A DNA stretch of 64,000 nt from an uncultured Verrucomicrobiota bacterium. GTDB taxonomy: Bacteria; Verrucomicrobiota; Kiritimatiellia; JAAZAB01. Positions 36,499 to 47,151 of this stretch are shown piece after piece. The position numbers and the translations under genes were made by a program. The stretch covers positions 2,679 to 66,678 of the forward strand of contig CAYYWX010000012.1 of NCBI GenBank assembly GCA_964475405.1, written 5' to 3'. Each line of letters begins with the position of its first letter. Position 1 is the first letter of the stretch. Under the pieces are notes generated by a model. That model saw only the letters and a program-made list of their open reading frames with translations. It was not told where the DNA came from and ran no database searches.

Positions 36499-37383
36499 TC
36501 ATGTCTTTCCACACCGTTTCCGTTCCTGCAGATAGTCTGCCAGCGCTTCCTGCCACGGACGCATCAGATCCAGCCCCTGCCGACGCAAGGCCGCATTATC
36601 CAGGACCGAATAACTGGGCCGGAACACTTTGGCGCCCACCGTGGGGGTGACGCTCGGTGCCAGATGCGGACGGACTCCAGCCTGACGAAAGATTTCCGCG
36701 GCAAATTCATACCAACTACATTGGCCTTGACTTGTGACGTGATACAGGCCGTAAGCTTTGGTTTTCAACAGGCGCTTTATCTGCCGAGCCACGTCAACGG
36801 TATAGGTCGGGGTGAGCGTCTGATCACTGACCACACGTATCTCCTTCCCTTCGCGCGCCAGACGCAGCATCAATTCAACAAAATTACCGCCCTTGCCGCT
36901 GGAACCGCTGATGCCATACAATCCGCAAACGCGGATGATCCAGTAACGTTCCATAAGATAGCGTATAAAATATTCACCCGCCAGTTTGGACACCCCATAC
37001 ACATTGATCGGCGAAGGTGCATCAGACTCCTGATAGGGCGAGGTTCGGTTTCCCTCGCCGCCAAACACGTAATCCGTGCTCATGAAGACGAACGCTGCTT
37101 TCGAGGCTTGGCAGGCTAACGCCAGACGGCGCGCGCCAAAGGCGTTCACCGCAAAAGTTTTTTCGACATTCTCTTCACAAAGCTCCAGCTTGTGAAACGC
37201 CGCCGTGCTCAAGACAATATCGGGCTGGTGAGCATCCAACGCGCGGTGAATGCTGGTATCGTCCGTGATTTCAATATCTGCATGGGTCAAGGGGATGACC
37301 TCAGCCGCGTCGGGTTCCTGCCGCAGGACTTTAACCAAATCATTGCCCAATTGTCCGTTGGCCCCAATCAGCATGACTTTCAT
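36499..37383 (-). CDS. rmlD: dTDP-4-dehydrorhamnose reductase
   Basis: GANGQLG, STDYVF, YGVSKLAGE, DQ..TPT, RP.YSVL. Confidence 0.92.
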   Translation of the reverse strand: MKVMLIGANGQLGNDLVKVLRQEPDAAEVIPLTHADIEITDDTSIHRALDAHQPDIVLSTAAFHKLELCEENVEKTFAVNAFGARRLALACQASKAAFVFMSTDYVFGGEGNRTSPYQESDAPSPINVYGVSKLAGEYFIRYLMERYWIIRVCGLYGISGSSGKGGNFVELMLRLAREGKEIRVVSDQTLTPTYTVDVARQIKRLLKTKAYGLYHVTSQGQCSWYEFAAEIFRQAGVRPHLAPSVTPTVGAKVFRPSYSVLDNAALRRQGLDLMRPWQEALADYLQERKRCGKT

Positions 37384-37403
37384 GGCATTATCCTAAAGAC
37401 CGC

Positions 37404-38360
37404 TTATACTTTCAATTTCTGAAAGACGCGGATGTTGTAATAGTCGTCCTGGTTTAAATCACCGTATTTTTCAAGATGTTCATAAAGATCAAGAACAATG
37501 TCCTTGACGGTGAATTGCGGTTGAAAACCGAGTTCGGTCCGCGCCTTCTGGATGGAGACCTTGTAGTTCCGGAAATCCTGGATGTTTTTCATGATTGGCC
37601 GGATTTTTTTGCCGGTCAGTTTTTCAATCTCTTCCTTGACCATGTCGGCGGTCTGGCCGACTGTATAGTTGTCCGAACAGACGTTAAATACGCCGCTGAT
37701 AGCATAATTCGCCTGGATTGATCGCAGAAAACCATTGATTGTGTCTCCAATGTGATAGATCGGTCGCCAGATGGACGGATTATTAACGGTGATTGCCCCC
37801 TCGGTTATGGCGGTCTTGAACATGGTGTTGACGATCAAATCCATCCGCATGCGTGGACTATGCCCGCAAACCGTGCCCTGCCGGAGAGAAATGACCGAAA
37901 AATTTTCATCCTGCATCTGGTGCACGCCGCGCTCACCCTGAAGTTTTGAAATACCGTATGGATAATCACAGGTTACGGGTGAATCTTCGTTATAAAGTTG
38001 GTTCACGGTATAACCATAAACGGAACAAGAAGATGCGTAAATAAACCGACGGATGCCCGCCTTCTTGGCTTTGAACGCCAGATAGGAAGGCAAGGCAGCA
38101 TTATAGATAAAATTCTTGGCAGGACTGAACTCGGCCATCGGATCGTTTGAGAGACCAGCCAGGAAAATGACCTGCTCATAACCAACGAAATCCTCCTTCT
38201 TGCAATCAAAAAGGTCCTTTCTGATCACGCGCGTTGCCTTCGGTAGATGATTTCCAAACCAGAGTAAATCAATAACATCCACCTCATAACCGTGTTCTAA
38301 CAGCACAGGAACAAGAGCCGAACCGATATAACCAGCTCCACCAGCCATCAGTATTTTCAT
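37404..38360 (-). CDS. NAD-dependent epimerase/dehydratase (SDR)
   Basis: GGAGYIGS, LAGLSNDP, YGISK, SPRMRMDL. Confidence 0.9.
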   Translation of the reverse strand: MKILMAGGAGYIGSALVPVLLEHGYEVDVIDLLWFGNHLPKATRVIRKDLFDCKKEDFVGYEQVIFLAGLSNDPMAEFSPAKNFIYNAALPSYLAFKAKKAGIRRFIYASSCSVYGYTVNQLYNEDSPVTCDYPYGISKLQGERGVHQMQDENFSVISLRQGTVCGHSPRMRMDLIVNTMFKTAITEGAITVNNPSIWRPIYHIGDTINGFLRSIQANYAISGVFNVCSDNYTVGQTADMVKEEIEKLTGKKIRPIMKNIQDFRNYKVSIQKARTELGFQPQFTVKDIVLDLYEHLEKYGDLNQDDYYNIRVFQKLKV

Positions 38361-38368
38361 GCCTGTCC

Positions 38369-39007
38369 TCAACACTTGTTAAAAATAAAATTATCCGAAC
38401 GCTTGTCCGCCTCCCATGCCAGCAGGGAAAGCCCGTTTTTATCCTTGTCGGTAATGATCAACGCGCCACTGACAAGCCCATTGAATATTTTTTTTAGCCG
38501 TGGGTCGCAGAGCGACCAGTCTATATCATCGGCAAGCGGCGATATGCATGCCTCACAACCCTGGCTGTATTCACCAGTACAAAAATATTCAATACGAGTG
38601 TCTTTAATGAAAATATTACCATGTGCAAACCCGGGAGGCACCCAAATCCATTCCTCGTAATCGCCTTCGGGAGCAGACGGCATGTCGTAGGCAATGATCT
38701 TTCCGAAAGCAGGCGACCCTTTGCGAATATCCAAAATCAAATCAAGCATATGGCCATCCATGGTTCTAACCATTTTCCCCATGTAGGGATTCCATTGAAA
38801 ATGCATTCCGCGCAGCACTCCTGGCCGCGAGCGACTTTCGTTGCACTGCAAGAAAGAAACGCCCTTCAAACTGCTTAAGTCGGGATGATTCTGAATATCG
38901 CTTCGACGATAAGGCTCCGTGAAATACCCGCGTTGATCACAAAAACGCCCAAACCGGATAACTTTGATTTCCGGCATTACCAAACTCTTAACAGAAAGAA
39001 TCTTCAT
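38369..39007 (-). CDS. rmlC: dTDP-4-dehydrorhamnose 3,5-epimerase family (cupin)
   Basis: DQRGYFTE, GVLRGMHFQ, DIRKGSP.FG, WVPPGFAHG. Confidence 0.88.
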   Translation of the reverse strand: MKILSVKSLVMPEIKVIRFGRFCDQRGYFTEPYRRSDIQNHPDLSSLKGVSFLQCNESRSRPGVLRGMHFQWNPYMGKMVRTMDGHMLDLILDIRKGSPAFGKIIAYDMPSAPEGDYEEWIWVPPGFAHGNIFIKDTRIEYFCTGEYSQGCEACISPLADDIDWSLCDPRLKKIFNGLVSGALIITDKDKNGLSLLAWEADKRSDNFIFNKC

Positions 39008-39177
39008 GCGATTTCCTTAAAATTATTTGATTGATTCAGCATATTACTCAGCCGCGATTTACTGGCAAGATAACCGCCTAATTCCAGCATGTCAACGCCA
39101 TTTTCCGCCGTGTCATTTTCCGCCGTTGTCGCCGTAATGATATGTCCAAAATAAACCACTCGCCGCGTAACATTCAT
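39004..39177 (-). CDS. 57-aa minigene, coupled at both ends (possible deletion remnant)
   Basis: ATGA overlaps with both the upstream GT2 stop and the rmlC start. Confidence 0.45.
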   Translation of the reverse strand: MNVTRRVVYFGHIITATTAENDTAENGVDMLELGGYLASKSRLSNMLNQSNNFKEIA

Positions 39178-40124
39178 TGTTTTTTCAACGGCCGTGTTCC
39201 GGATAGAAATGCATATTCCCTTCGACCCATTCTGCCCAGGAGACCATCCCGAATCCCGTATCCCAGTCCGATAAGACTTCGCCATTTGCCATTCCAAATA
39301 AATTGAAACGCCCGTTTTACAAAATACAACAATGCATATATCTGTGAAATCAGCAAACGATGCCACGAACCAGCCCACCGGGAATGAAGGAATAATAGAT
39401 TGCGTGTCTGATAATAAGCATAACGCGGCGCATCGCGTCCGCCGAAAGCCACAGCTTCTTTGTGCCAAATAACCGAGGAAGGAGTATATCTAATTCGATA
39501 TCCGTGAGTTATAGCATTTAAACTGTAATCCAAATCTTCGCCGTTAGAAAAATAGTCGTTGTTTAACAAGCCAACGGTTTCCAATACTTCACGACGAATA
39601 AGCAGCGCACAACCGGTTGCCCATGGAATATCCTGTTCGCGGTCAAACTGACCGACATCTTTTTGCCCGTAGCCCAAGCACCGACCGATTAAAAACCACT
39701 TATCATAGTCGGCGCCACCGAACCAAACGAGCTGATGCTCGGGATGGAAGAGAATCTTGGGCGAGACCATACCAATTTGCGCATCAGTCTCAGCAGCCTG
39801 CACCAGAGTTTCGAGAGCACCTGGCAACACGATGGTATCATTGTTAAGCACCCATACATAATCAGCACCGTGGTCTAGGGCATACTGCACGCCAAGGTTA
39901 TTCCCTCCAGTAAACCCAAGATTTTCACCGGCTTCCAGCAAGGTCAGGTTACCACCGCCACTACAACGAATACGCTCTACAGAATCATCCGAAGACCCAT
40001 TATCTACAACAACAACGTGACTATTGGGATATGGTTGCTCACGCAGAGAGGCAATGCATTCCAACGTATCTTTAGGCCTATTCCAGTTCAGTAGAATAAC
40101 AAACACGCTGGGCAAATATTTCAT
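39174..40124 (-). CDS. GT2 glycosyltransferase
   Basis: LNWN, DNGSSD, NLGFTGGNN, LNNDT, TGCALL, EDLD. Confidence 0.93.
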   Translation of the reverse strand: MKYLPSVFVILLNWNRPKDTLECIASLREQPYPNSHVVVVDNGSSDDSVERIRCSGGGNLTLLEAGENLGFTGGNNLGVQYALDHGADYVWVLNNDTIVLPGALETLVQAAETDAQIGMVSPKILFHPEHQLVWFGGADYDKWFLIGRCLGYGQKDVGQFDREQDIPWATGCALLIRREVLETVGLLNNDYFSNGEDLDYSLNAITHGYRIRYTPSSVIWHKEAVAFGGRDAPRYAYYQTRNLLFLHSRWAGSWHRLLISQIYALLYFVKRAFQFIWNGKWRSLIGLGYGIRDGLLGRMGRREYAFLSGTRPLKKQ

Positions 40125-41575
40125 GGCGTTATGTCCCTAATACAAGGAGATGAAACAATCTCCGATAGATTGACGACAACTCCACAGGGCCGTGCTTCAA
40201 GTATAATCCTACGGCTAAGTGCCACACCGCACCCCATCAGGAACCAGACAAAATCGTTCAAATAATAATGATATAGAAAATTTCCCAGGAGAATAGCGAC
40301 ATAAGCCGCCAACAAACCGGCCAATACGGCCCGTTCTTGACTGCTACGCTGACTTTGTTTTAGTCCGCGCCACATCTTTACTCCAACTATTCCCATAAAA
40401 ATCCATTCCATCGCCAACCCCAATATTCCGCTCCCGGCCAATGTATCCAAGTGATGGGAATGCGATCCTCCCCAGTATTCACAGTAACGCGGCGAATACC
40501 AGCCGGAAACGTTGAAATCCAAACCTATCCCAATGAGCGGGCTGGAGTCCCACGCATCCAAAGCCATTAAACGGGTGTTGATATGACCCTCGGCTGAAGA
40601 TTCGTCTGAAACAAACATTTCAATTCTTCTTGAAATCACTTCTTTTATGTCGAGGAGACCGGATTGAGCCGCATAAATACCTGCGCCGAAAAGCAAACCA
40701 ATAACAATAATCATCGCCATAATGGGGCGTTTCAACCAACGCATGCTGAAGCCGGACTTTCTCAGAATATAGATTAAAACCGGCAATCCAAACACGATTA
40801 AAGTCAGCCAGGCACTGCGCGAAAGCGACAATAGCAATCCGGCTCCCCCGGTAAACAATGCCAGATAAGCCAGGATATCGCGCCGGTTATAAATCAAGAA
40901 TGCCAACGCCAGCAGGATTACACCAACCAGATAACCACCATATTGATTAACATCGGAAACGAATCCGAAGGCACGCGGCATAGCATCCTCGCCCGACCAA
41001 TAAACTCCAATAAGATTGCGTTCGTTACCGGTCCTTATCGTATCCATAACACTGCCATAGACTAAATCCTGATACATGGGCCATCCCTGCAACCCGCCAA
41101 CCACCTGATATGCGCCGACCAATCCCTGCACAATTCCGAATGCCAGATAGAACCTGAGGGCCTTTATCACGGTTTTTGCGTCCGAGCCGAGTATCAAAAC
41201 CGCGATAAAAACCGCCATCATACCGAGGTAAATAAACATTCTCCGCGCATGTTCAACGGCGTTTGCGGCAATCGGCAGGGCCAACGATTGCACAAACAAA
41301 ATTGCGGCGAACAGGATGAAGAAAACCGGCTCAACCCGTAATGGCATTTTGTTACGTACCGGCAAAAAGGAGCGAAGCGCCATGACCAGGACCAGCAGCA
41401 GAAGCATAAGGCGGGAAAGATAAATAGTGAACCCGATATTGATGTTTATGGCATATAACGAAACCGCCAGCGCCAAGACATAGAGAATCGTGGCCGGATG
41501 GTTCAAAAAACGCCAAAACAGGATCAACCCCGCAATAATCAGAATTAAATCAAGAAGCAAATTTGAAGTGAACAT
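40121..41575 (-). CDS. O-antigen polymerase/ligase family (Wzy/WaaL) membrane protein
   Basis: About 12 TMs, RAFG..DVN, SLSRSAW, PLIGIG, SHSHHL...G.LG. Confidence 0.85.
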   Translation of the reverse strand: MFTSNLLLDLILIIAGLILFWRFLNHPATILYVLALAVSLYAININIGFTIYLSRLMLLLLVLVMALRSFLPVRNKMPLRVEPVFFILFAAILFVQSLALPIAANAVEHARRMFIYLGMMAVFIAVLILGSDAKTVIKALRFYLAFGIVQGLVGAYQVVGGLQGWPMYQDLVYGSVMDTIRTGNERNLIGVYWSGEDAMPRAFGFVSDVNQYGGYLVGVILLALAFLIYNRRDILAYLALFTGGAGLLLSLSRSAWLTLIVFGLPVLIYILRKSGFSMRWLKRPIMAMIIVIGLLFGAGIYAAQSGLLDIKEVISRRIEMFVSDESSAEGHINTRLMALDAWDSSPLIGIGLDFNVSGWYSPRYCEYWGGSHSHHLDTLAGSGILGLAMEWIFMGIVGVKMWRGLKQSQRSSQERAVLAGLLAAYVAILLGNFLYHYYLNDFVWFLMGCGVALSRRIILEARPCGVVVNLSEIVSSPCIRDITP

Positions 41576-41611
41576 AAAATGAACAGATTAAATTCAACGA
41601 AGCAGAATTTA

Positions 41612-42865
41612 TCAGCGTAATGAGAAATAAGGCGCCGGCAGAATAAAACGACCGCCGGCCAATAGATATTCCCGCTCGCGCGCCTGGAACTCATCAATAA
41701 AATGCCAGGGCAACACCAGGAAGTAATCCGGCTTGGCCGCACGCGCGTCGGCTTCGGAAATGATGGGGATACGCGTGCCGACGGTTACTTTGCCCCATTT
41801 ATCCTTATTCCGTTCCGCCGCCACTTTTATGAACGTATGATCCAGACCATAATACTGCAGGACGGTATTGCCTTTCGTGGATGCCCCGTAGACAAACACC
41901 GTTTTGCCCCGGCCGACCTGTTCCTTGATGAAAGCGACCACGTCGTTTTTGATACGTTCAACCCGGAAGGCAAAGTCGCGGTAAGGCGTCAAGCTATCCA
42001 ACCCGAGTTTTATTTCATTTTCACGCAAATTGTTTACGCGCTCTGCGGCCAATTCGCGATAGGTTGCGTCGCCATATAAAGAATTATCCGCATCCCGCTG
42101 CCGGATATATGCCCGCAGACTGCCCCCGTTCACGTCGTTCAGCTCCGCATCCACCACTTCAAATCCGTGAAGCTGCAGCAAATACTCAAAAGAATGAAGC
42201 GAGTAATATTCCAGATGTTCATGACAGACGTTGCCCAACTCATTGGTCTTGAGCATGAGCGGCAGATAACTCATCTGGACGATCCACAGCCCCTCGGGAT
42301 GAATCACGCGCTTAATGTCGGCGACAAAATCATTCGGCTTTTCAAGATCGTAAAACATGGCGATACTGGTGATTATTTTAGGCTGGTGCCTGGCCAAATC
42401 CGCGTCCTTTTTTAAAGTCGCGGCATTGAAGAAGCCGACCACGAGCTTGTCGGCAACCTTCCGCGAATATTGCGCCAAATTTTCGGCCGGATCATACCCG
42501 ATTTTATATATTCCTCCGGTCACGTAAGAGGCCAGCAAGGTGCCGTCGTTGCATCCGATGTCCAGAACGGCGTCGTTTTTCTTCAGATGCATCAGGTGTT
42601 CGGCCGTGCCGGCAATATTTGCCAGCGCCACGCGCATGGTTTGGTTGGTGCCTGAACGGTACCAGTAGTTGCGATACATTGTTTCCGCGGGTACGGTATG
42701 CTTCAACTGCAAAAGCCGGCAACGCTGGCAAAGGACCAGCTCCAGCGGCGCCTTTGTGCCATCCGGCTGGTTTGGATCAATAAAATCAGAAACATAATGA
42801 TCACCAAGCGACAGTATTGGCGCCAGGGATCCTTCACACACACGGCAAGTTGTTCGTGTTATCAT
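41612..42865 (-). CDS. NDP-sugar C-methyltransferase (Zn-binding, NovU/TylC3/TcaB9-like)
   Basis: CRVC, CQRC..LQL, Y.YRS, DIGCNDG, CHEHLEYY, YGASTKG; AAGGAGG RBS. Confidence 0.9.
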   Translation of the reverse strand: MITRTTCRVCEGSLAPILSLGDHYVSDFIDPNQPDGTKAPLELVLCQRCRLLQLKHTVPAETMYRNYWYRSGTNQTMRVALANIAGTAEHLMHLKKNDAVLDIGCNDGTLLASYVTGGIYKIGYDPAENLAQYSRKVADKLVVGFFNAATLKKDADLARHQPKIITSIAMFYDLEKPNDFVADIKRVIHPEGLWIVQMSYLPLMLKTNELGNVCHEHLEYYSLHSFEYLLQLHGFEVVDAELNDVNGGSLRAYIRQRDADNSLYGDATYRELAAERVNNLRENEIKLGLDSLTPYRDFAFRVERIKNDVVAFIKEQVGRGKTVFVYGASTKGNTVLQYYGLDHTFIKVAAERNKDKWGKVTVGTRIPIISEADARAAKPDYFLVLPWHFIDEFQAREREYLLAGGRFILPAPYFSLR

Positions 42866-43019
42866 ATATATTTCCTCCTTGAACATCGCGCCAACCCAGG
42901 TTTTTCCGAAAGTTCCGCCGAGGCTAGCGCTGTAGCGCTTCTATAGCAGAATATTAGTTAATAAATTTACAGAAAGCCCGGCCAGCGACGGGCAAGCTTC
43001 CCGCGGTTTTAAATCACGT

Positions 43020-44045
43020 CTATTTATTATCATTTTTCGTTTGTTGTTGAGAACTGAAATTACTGTTTTGCAGGTGATATTTCAACAATTGATTGCGCCG
43101 AATTACTGTATAAAGCAACATCAACGCATAAGCAAGCCTGACCGGCATTACCGCTATCAGGCGCGCGACAAGGCGCTTCCAGCCGGAGTTTAAGCGCTGG
43201 GCAAGAAATTTGTCGTACTCATCCAGCGAATAAACTTCCAAAGCACGATAATAAACAAATGTATGCAATCGCCGCCAGGGATTCGGCCGGCACACCACCC
43301 GTTTGCTCTCATTTGAAAAATCGACAAACGACCAGATCAGGTCGGGCCACTTGAACATCCAGATTTCAAAACTCAGCCTGCTCCACTCCGCGTTGCCAAG
43401 CCGAATAACGATCTGCGGCGTTGCCAGTGCCAAAATCCGGCCCGGCAGCGGACTTTGAAATATGACGCCGACATGAATGAAGCGCGAACCGTAATATTTT
43501 GCGCGGACACGCGACAGCCATAATTCACGATTGATGACCACCCCGCCGATAAAAGTCAGATAATCCCCGACTTCGGCAAGAAAGCGTTCTTTATCCGCCG
43601 GAATATCCTCATAGACGCTATCTTCCATCAATGAGAGTTTTCTTTCCACCAACAGCCGGGATAAATCCATATTCCTTATTTCCGCATTTGCAATCACGAG
43701 ACTATAGCCCTGCTTAACAGCATCCAATACGGCGAGCACCGCGCCCGGCTTAAGCAGGTCATCATCGGTGAACAGCCAGCAGTAATCGCCCCGGGCCAAT
43801 TCAACGGAGCGATCATAATCCTGGTCCACCCCGCCCTTGACCGGCAGGCGCACATATCTTAACCGGGGACATTTCTGCTGGTATTTCCGCACTACTTCTT
43901 CGGTATTGTCAGGCGAGGCGCCATCCACGACCAAGATTTCCACCCCCTCTTCAACCTGCGAAACAATACTTTCCAGTGTCGGGCCGATAAACTTGGCGCG
44001 GTTATACGTGGCAATGCAGATTGAAAGTATTATTTTCATGTTCAA
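43020..44045 (-). CDS. GT2 glycosyltransferase
   Basis: SICIATYNR, DGASPD, TDDD. Confidence 0.9.
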   Translation of the reverse strand: MNMKIILSICIATYNRAKFIGPTLESIVSQVEEGVEILVVDGASPDNTEEVVRKYQQKCPRLRYVRLPVKGGVDQDYDRSVELARGDYCWLFTDDDLLKPGAVLAVLDAVKQGYSLVIANAEIRNMDLSRLLVERKLSLMEDSVYEDIPADKERFLAEVGDYLTFIGGVVINRELWLSRVRAKYYGSRFIHVGVIFQSPLPGRILALATPQIVIRLGNAEWSRLSFEIWMFKWPDLIWSFVDFSNESKRVVCRPNPWRRLHTFVYYRALEVYSLDEYDKFLAQRLNSGWKRLVARLIAVMPVRLAYALMLLYTVIRRNQLLKYHLQNSNFSSQQQTKNDNK

Positions 44046-44079
44046 AATTACTTTTATACTAAAAGCTTATCCGGAAGCT

Positions 44080-45966
44080 TCAGCGTTTCCTGCACTGCCG
44101 ACTCCAGTTGATAAACTGCAGAATCCCCAGAAGGATGAACCCAGCCTCCACGGTTCCCTGCCTATGCTCATCCCATAATTTCTCCACCTCGTCCCATTGC
44201 AGATAAGAAAGCGAAGATCTGGCAACAGCAAGCTGATCACCAAAAACCTGGTTCATTGGCCCGGGCCCCCTGAACCACTGATCTACAGGCGGCAGAAAGC
44301 CTGCTTTTGGACGCGAGAATGCTCCACGGGGGGTTCTCCCGGCGATTGCCGCCCGGAGTATCCGTTTCCCCCTGCCCCGATGCCGTTTAGCATCGTCCGG
44401 CAGGTTCATGCAGAATTCCACCATTTGTCTGCTCAAGAGCGGCACCCGCACTTCCAGGCCATTTGCCATGCTCATCCGGTCAACTTTGGCCAGAATACTC
44501 GGAAGATGGAACATAAGGTCAGCATGCTGGCGGGCAGTCAGATACGACCTCCCTCTCGGGACCGCTTTCATCAAACTTGCATATTCACCAACAGGATCAA
44601 GTTGTGCGGTCGCCCTGTAAAAATCGGGGATGTAGAGACGCTTTTTTATAGCCGGAGAAAAAATGCGGCGAAATGACGCGTGATCCCTTCCGTGCCCTTC
44701 ATCGGCGGCATCCAAGAAACGTTCCGCGACCATTCTCAATCCATATCTGCGGTTATCCGAGGGGAGGTAACTCGCAAGCCCCCGGAGATATCTCCGCAAA
44801 ACGCCCGGAACCATCCTGACAAAAGGGGCTAAGTCTCCCGCCTTGTAGGTATCGTAACCGGCCAGAAGCTCGTCCCCGCCATCACCGGCAAGAGCGACCG
44901 TCACCTTTTTACGGGTGAACCTTGACAATTGATATATCGGAAAACAGGAAGCGTCCGCCAGAAGCTCCCGCATGGCACCAAGCGTTTCGTATATTTCTTT
45001 TTCGGTCCAGGAAAACGTTGAAGTATCGCTCGGCATTCTGAGGTGTTGGGCATATTGAGATGCGGCCGGAACTTCATTAAATTTCGCATCGGTAAAACCC
45101 ATTGTGAACGCAGTGGGATACCGCCCGGTCGCAACCGCGGCAAGGGCGACAGCAAATGAATCCAGCCCTCCTGAGAGGAAAAGGCCGAGCGGCGCATCGG
45201 AAACGAGTTGATTCTTTACGGTGGTAGAAAGCAATTCATCAAAACGTTCGGTCAAATCATGCGACCACGGTTCAATCTCCGTCTTATAAGTCGGCTTCCA
45301 GTAACGTCGAAAATTTACCCCGTTACGGTCCACTGTCAACATGCACCCCGGCGGGAGTTGACATACCCCCTTTAACCCGGATCGTGGAGCGGGAAGATAA
45401 TTAAACGTAAAATACGCATCAAGATCGTTGTCGTCTACTGCAGGACATGGGTTTAACGATCCAAACAGGGCCATCGGTTCGGACGCAAAAAACACCTGGG
45501 CATGATGCGCGGTGTAGAATAATGGCTTGACGCCGAGGTGATCGCGAACAAGAAAAAGCGTTTTTTCTTTTCCGTCATAGAGTGCAAACGCGAATATGCC
45601 ATCAAGCCTGTCAAGGCAGGCTGCACCCCACTCCTGCCAGGCCGTTATTAAGACCTCTGTGTCAGAATGCGACACAAAGTGACGCCCCATATCTTGCAGT
45701 TCTTTGCGAATTTCCTTAAAATTATATATTTCTCCATTGTAACTGATTACATATCTCTTGTCGTCCGAGAACATTGGTTGATGACCGGCTAATGACAAAT
45801 CTATAACCGCAAGGCGCGCATGCCCAAGAAACAGTCCCGGCTCCAGATGCACGCCATGGTCGTCCGGTCCTCTATGGGCAAGCGTATTGAGCATGCCATC
45901 AAGGTTTTGGCGCGGCCATGTTTTTTTCGGATCAGCATAAGCAAATATGCCGGTTATTCCGCACAT
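44080..45966 (-). CDS. asnB: Asparagine synthase-like glutamine amidotransferase (WbpS-type glycan amidation likely)
   Basis: MCGI, HRGPD, NGEIYN, FLSGGLDS, GDGGDEL, DRMSMA..LEVRVP. Confidence 0.95.
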   Translation of the reverse strand: MCGITGIFAYADPKKTWPRQNLDGMLNTLAHRGPDDHGVHLEPGLFLGHARLAVIDLSLAGHQPMFSDDKRYVISYNGEIYNFKEIRKELQDMGRHFVSHSDTEVLITAWQEWGAACLDRLDGIFAFALYDGKEKTLFLVRDHLGVKPLFYTAHHAQVFFASEPMALFGSLNPCPAVDDNDLDAYFTFNYLPAPRSGLKGVCQLPPGCMLTVDRNGVNFRRYWKPTYKTEIEPWSHDLTERFDELLSTTVKNQLVSDAPLGLFLSGGLDSFAVALAAVATGRYPTAFTMGFTDAKFNEVPAASQYAQHLRMPSDTSTFSWTEKEIYETLGAMRELLADASCFPIYQLSRFTRKKVTVALAGDGGDELLAGYDTYKAGDLAPFVRMVPGVLRRYLRGLASYLPSDNRRYGLRMVAERFLDAADEGHGRDHASFRRIFSPAIKKRLYIPDFYRATAQLDPVGEYASLMKAVPRGRSYLTARQHADLMFHLPSILAKVDRMSMANGLEVRVPLLSRQMVEFCMNLPDDAKRHRGRGKRILRAAIAGRTPRGAFSRPKAGFLPPVDQWFRGPGPMNQVFGDQLAVARSSLSYLQWDEVEKLWDEHRQGTVEAGFILLGILQFINWSRQCRKR

Positions 45967-46000
45967 AAGATGATACTAAAAGCCTCAAAATAGTTAGAAC

Positions 46001-47140
46001 TTAAACAACCTTTTTGAGCCTGAACTTTGGCAATTTATTGGGAAAGCGCAGTGACTCCATAAGCGCATTAAAAGACGAATCCTGCGTCCAGCATATACAT
46101 TGATTCTCATGCTTTCTAATACATTCGCGTTGTTGGACCATCTCGGGACTGTTCCATATCTGCATTATACTTTCAGACTTCAGATTGCCCAACACGGTCA
46201 TCTTGCTGTCGGCCAGACAGTGGAACACGTCGCCGTTGGGAAGAATTTGCAATCGCAAAAACGGCGACCAACAGTGTGTTTCTTCTCCCAGACGCACGGG
46301 ATTAAACCAATAATCAGACATACGGCGAACATAGCCGGTGTTATATTCGGGGAATTTCCTTATTAATTCAGCAATTTTGCGATCAACCTTCCCTTTTTCC
46401 GGAAATTGAAACATAAAAGATTGCATTACGCCCTGGTTTTGCCCATGCGGATTATTTGCGTAACCACTGCTTATCGGCTGGATACTGGTAATATCAACTA
46501 TTTTCCCCAGATCTTCCGTTATGGCGGTAATGTTTTCTAAATTTTTTCGCGACAAGACGGTTGTAGATTTTATTACGGGACGACCGTTATGCCGCTTTTC
46601 TTTTATGTATTCTATGCCTTCGATTGTCTTGGTAAACAAATTGTCAAGATTCCGTAATGAATCGTGTTCATTCGCGGAAGAGGAATCCAAGCTGACGGTG
46701 ATGGAATCGACTTTTGACGCAATAATTTTATCGGCCATTTCTTTGAGCAAAAAACCGTTGGTGACGATATATACGATTATATTATAGCTTTTGAGTATTT
46801 TAATGACTTCATATAGATGGGGCCACAGTAATACCTCTCCCCCGGTAAACCCAACCACCCATGTGCCGGCCTGGCCGATTTCATGCGCTATGCTCCTGGC
46901 CTTTTCCAGGGAAATATCTTCCTGGTACCGCTTTTTCAGGACATGCGTCGAACAAAAACTGCAGCAAGCATTGCAGTCAAAGGTTACCAGCCAGGTAATA
47001 AATAACGGCCCGCGCCTTGACCTGGAATTGAAAATTATTCCAAAGATGACATTGTTGGCGAGTGTAATTATGGCGCCAAATAACTTTCCGGATGCCGGCA
47101 CCGGCAGCGACTTGTAAAATTTTGAGAAAAACTTGTTCAT
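46001..47140 (-). CDS. Radical SAM protein with SPASM/twitch domain
   Basis: CNACCSFC, TGGE, TNG, C-terminal C...G.VFHC...GN...IW...C. Confidence 0.9.
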   Translation of the reverse strand: MNKFFSKFYKSLPVPASGKLFGAIITLANNVIFGIIFNSRSRRGPLFITWLVTFDCNACCSFCSTHVLKKRYQEDISLEKARSIAHEIGQAGTWVVGFTGGEVLLWPHLYEVIKILKSYNIIVYIVTNGFLLKEMADKIIASKVDSITVSLDSSSANEHDSLRNLDNLFTKTIEGIEYIKEKRHNGRPVIKSTTVLSRKNLENITAITEDLGKIVDITSIQPISSGYANNPHGQNQGVMQSFMFQFPEKGKVDRKIAELIRKFPEYNTGYVRRMSDYWFNPVRLGEETHCWSPFLRLQILPNGDVFHCLADSKMTVLGNLKSESIMQIWNSPEMVQQRECIRKHENQCICWTQDSSFNALMESLRFPNKLPKFRLKKVV

Positions 47141-47151
47141 TATTCCCGCGA

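Noticed and set aside
35613-40124. DGR template/variable repeat pair between the GT2 tail copies
   Set aside because: Divergence is at all bases rather than adenine-specific, and there is no reverse transcriptase
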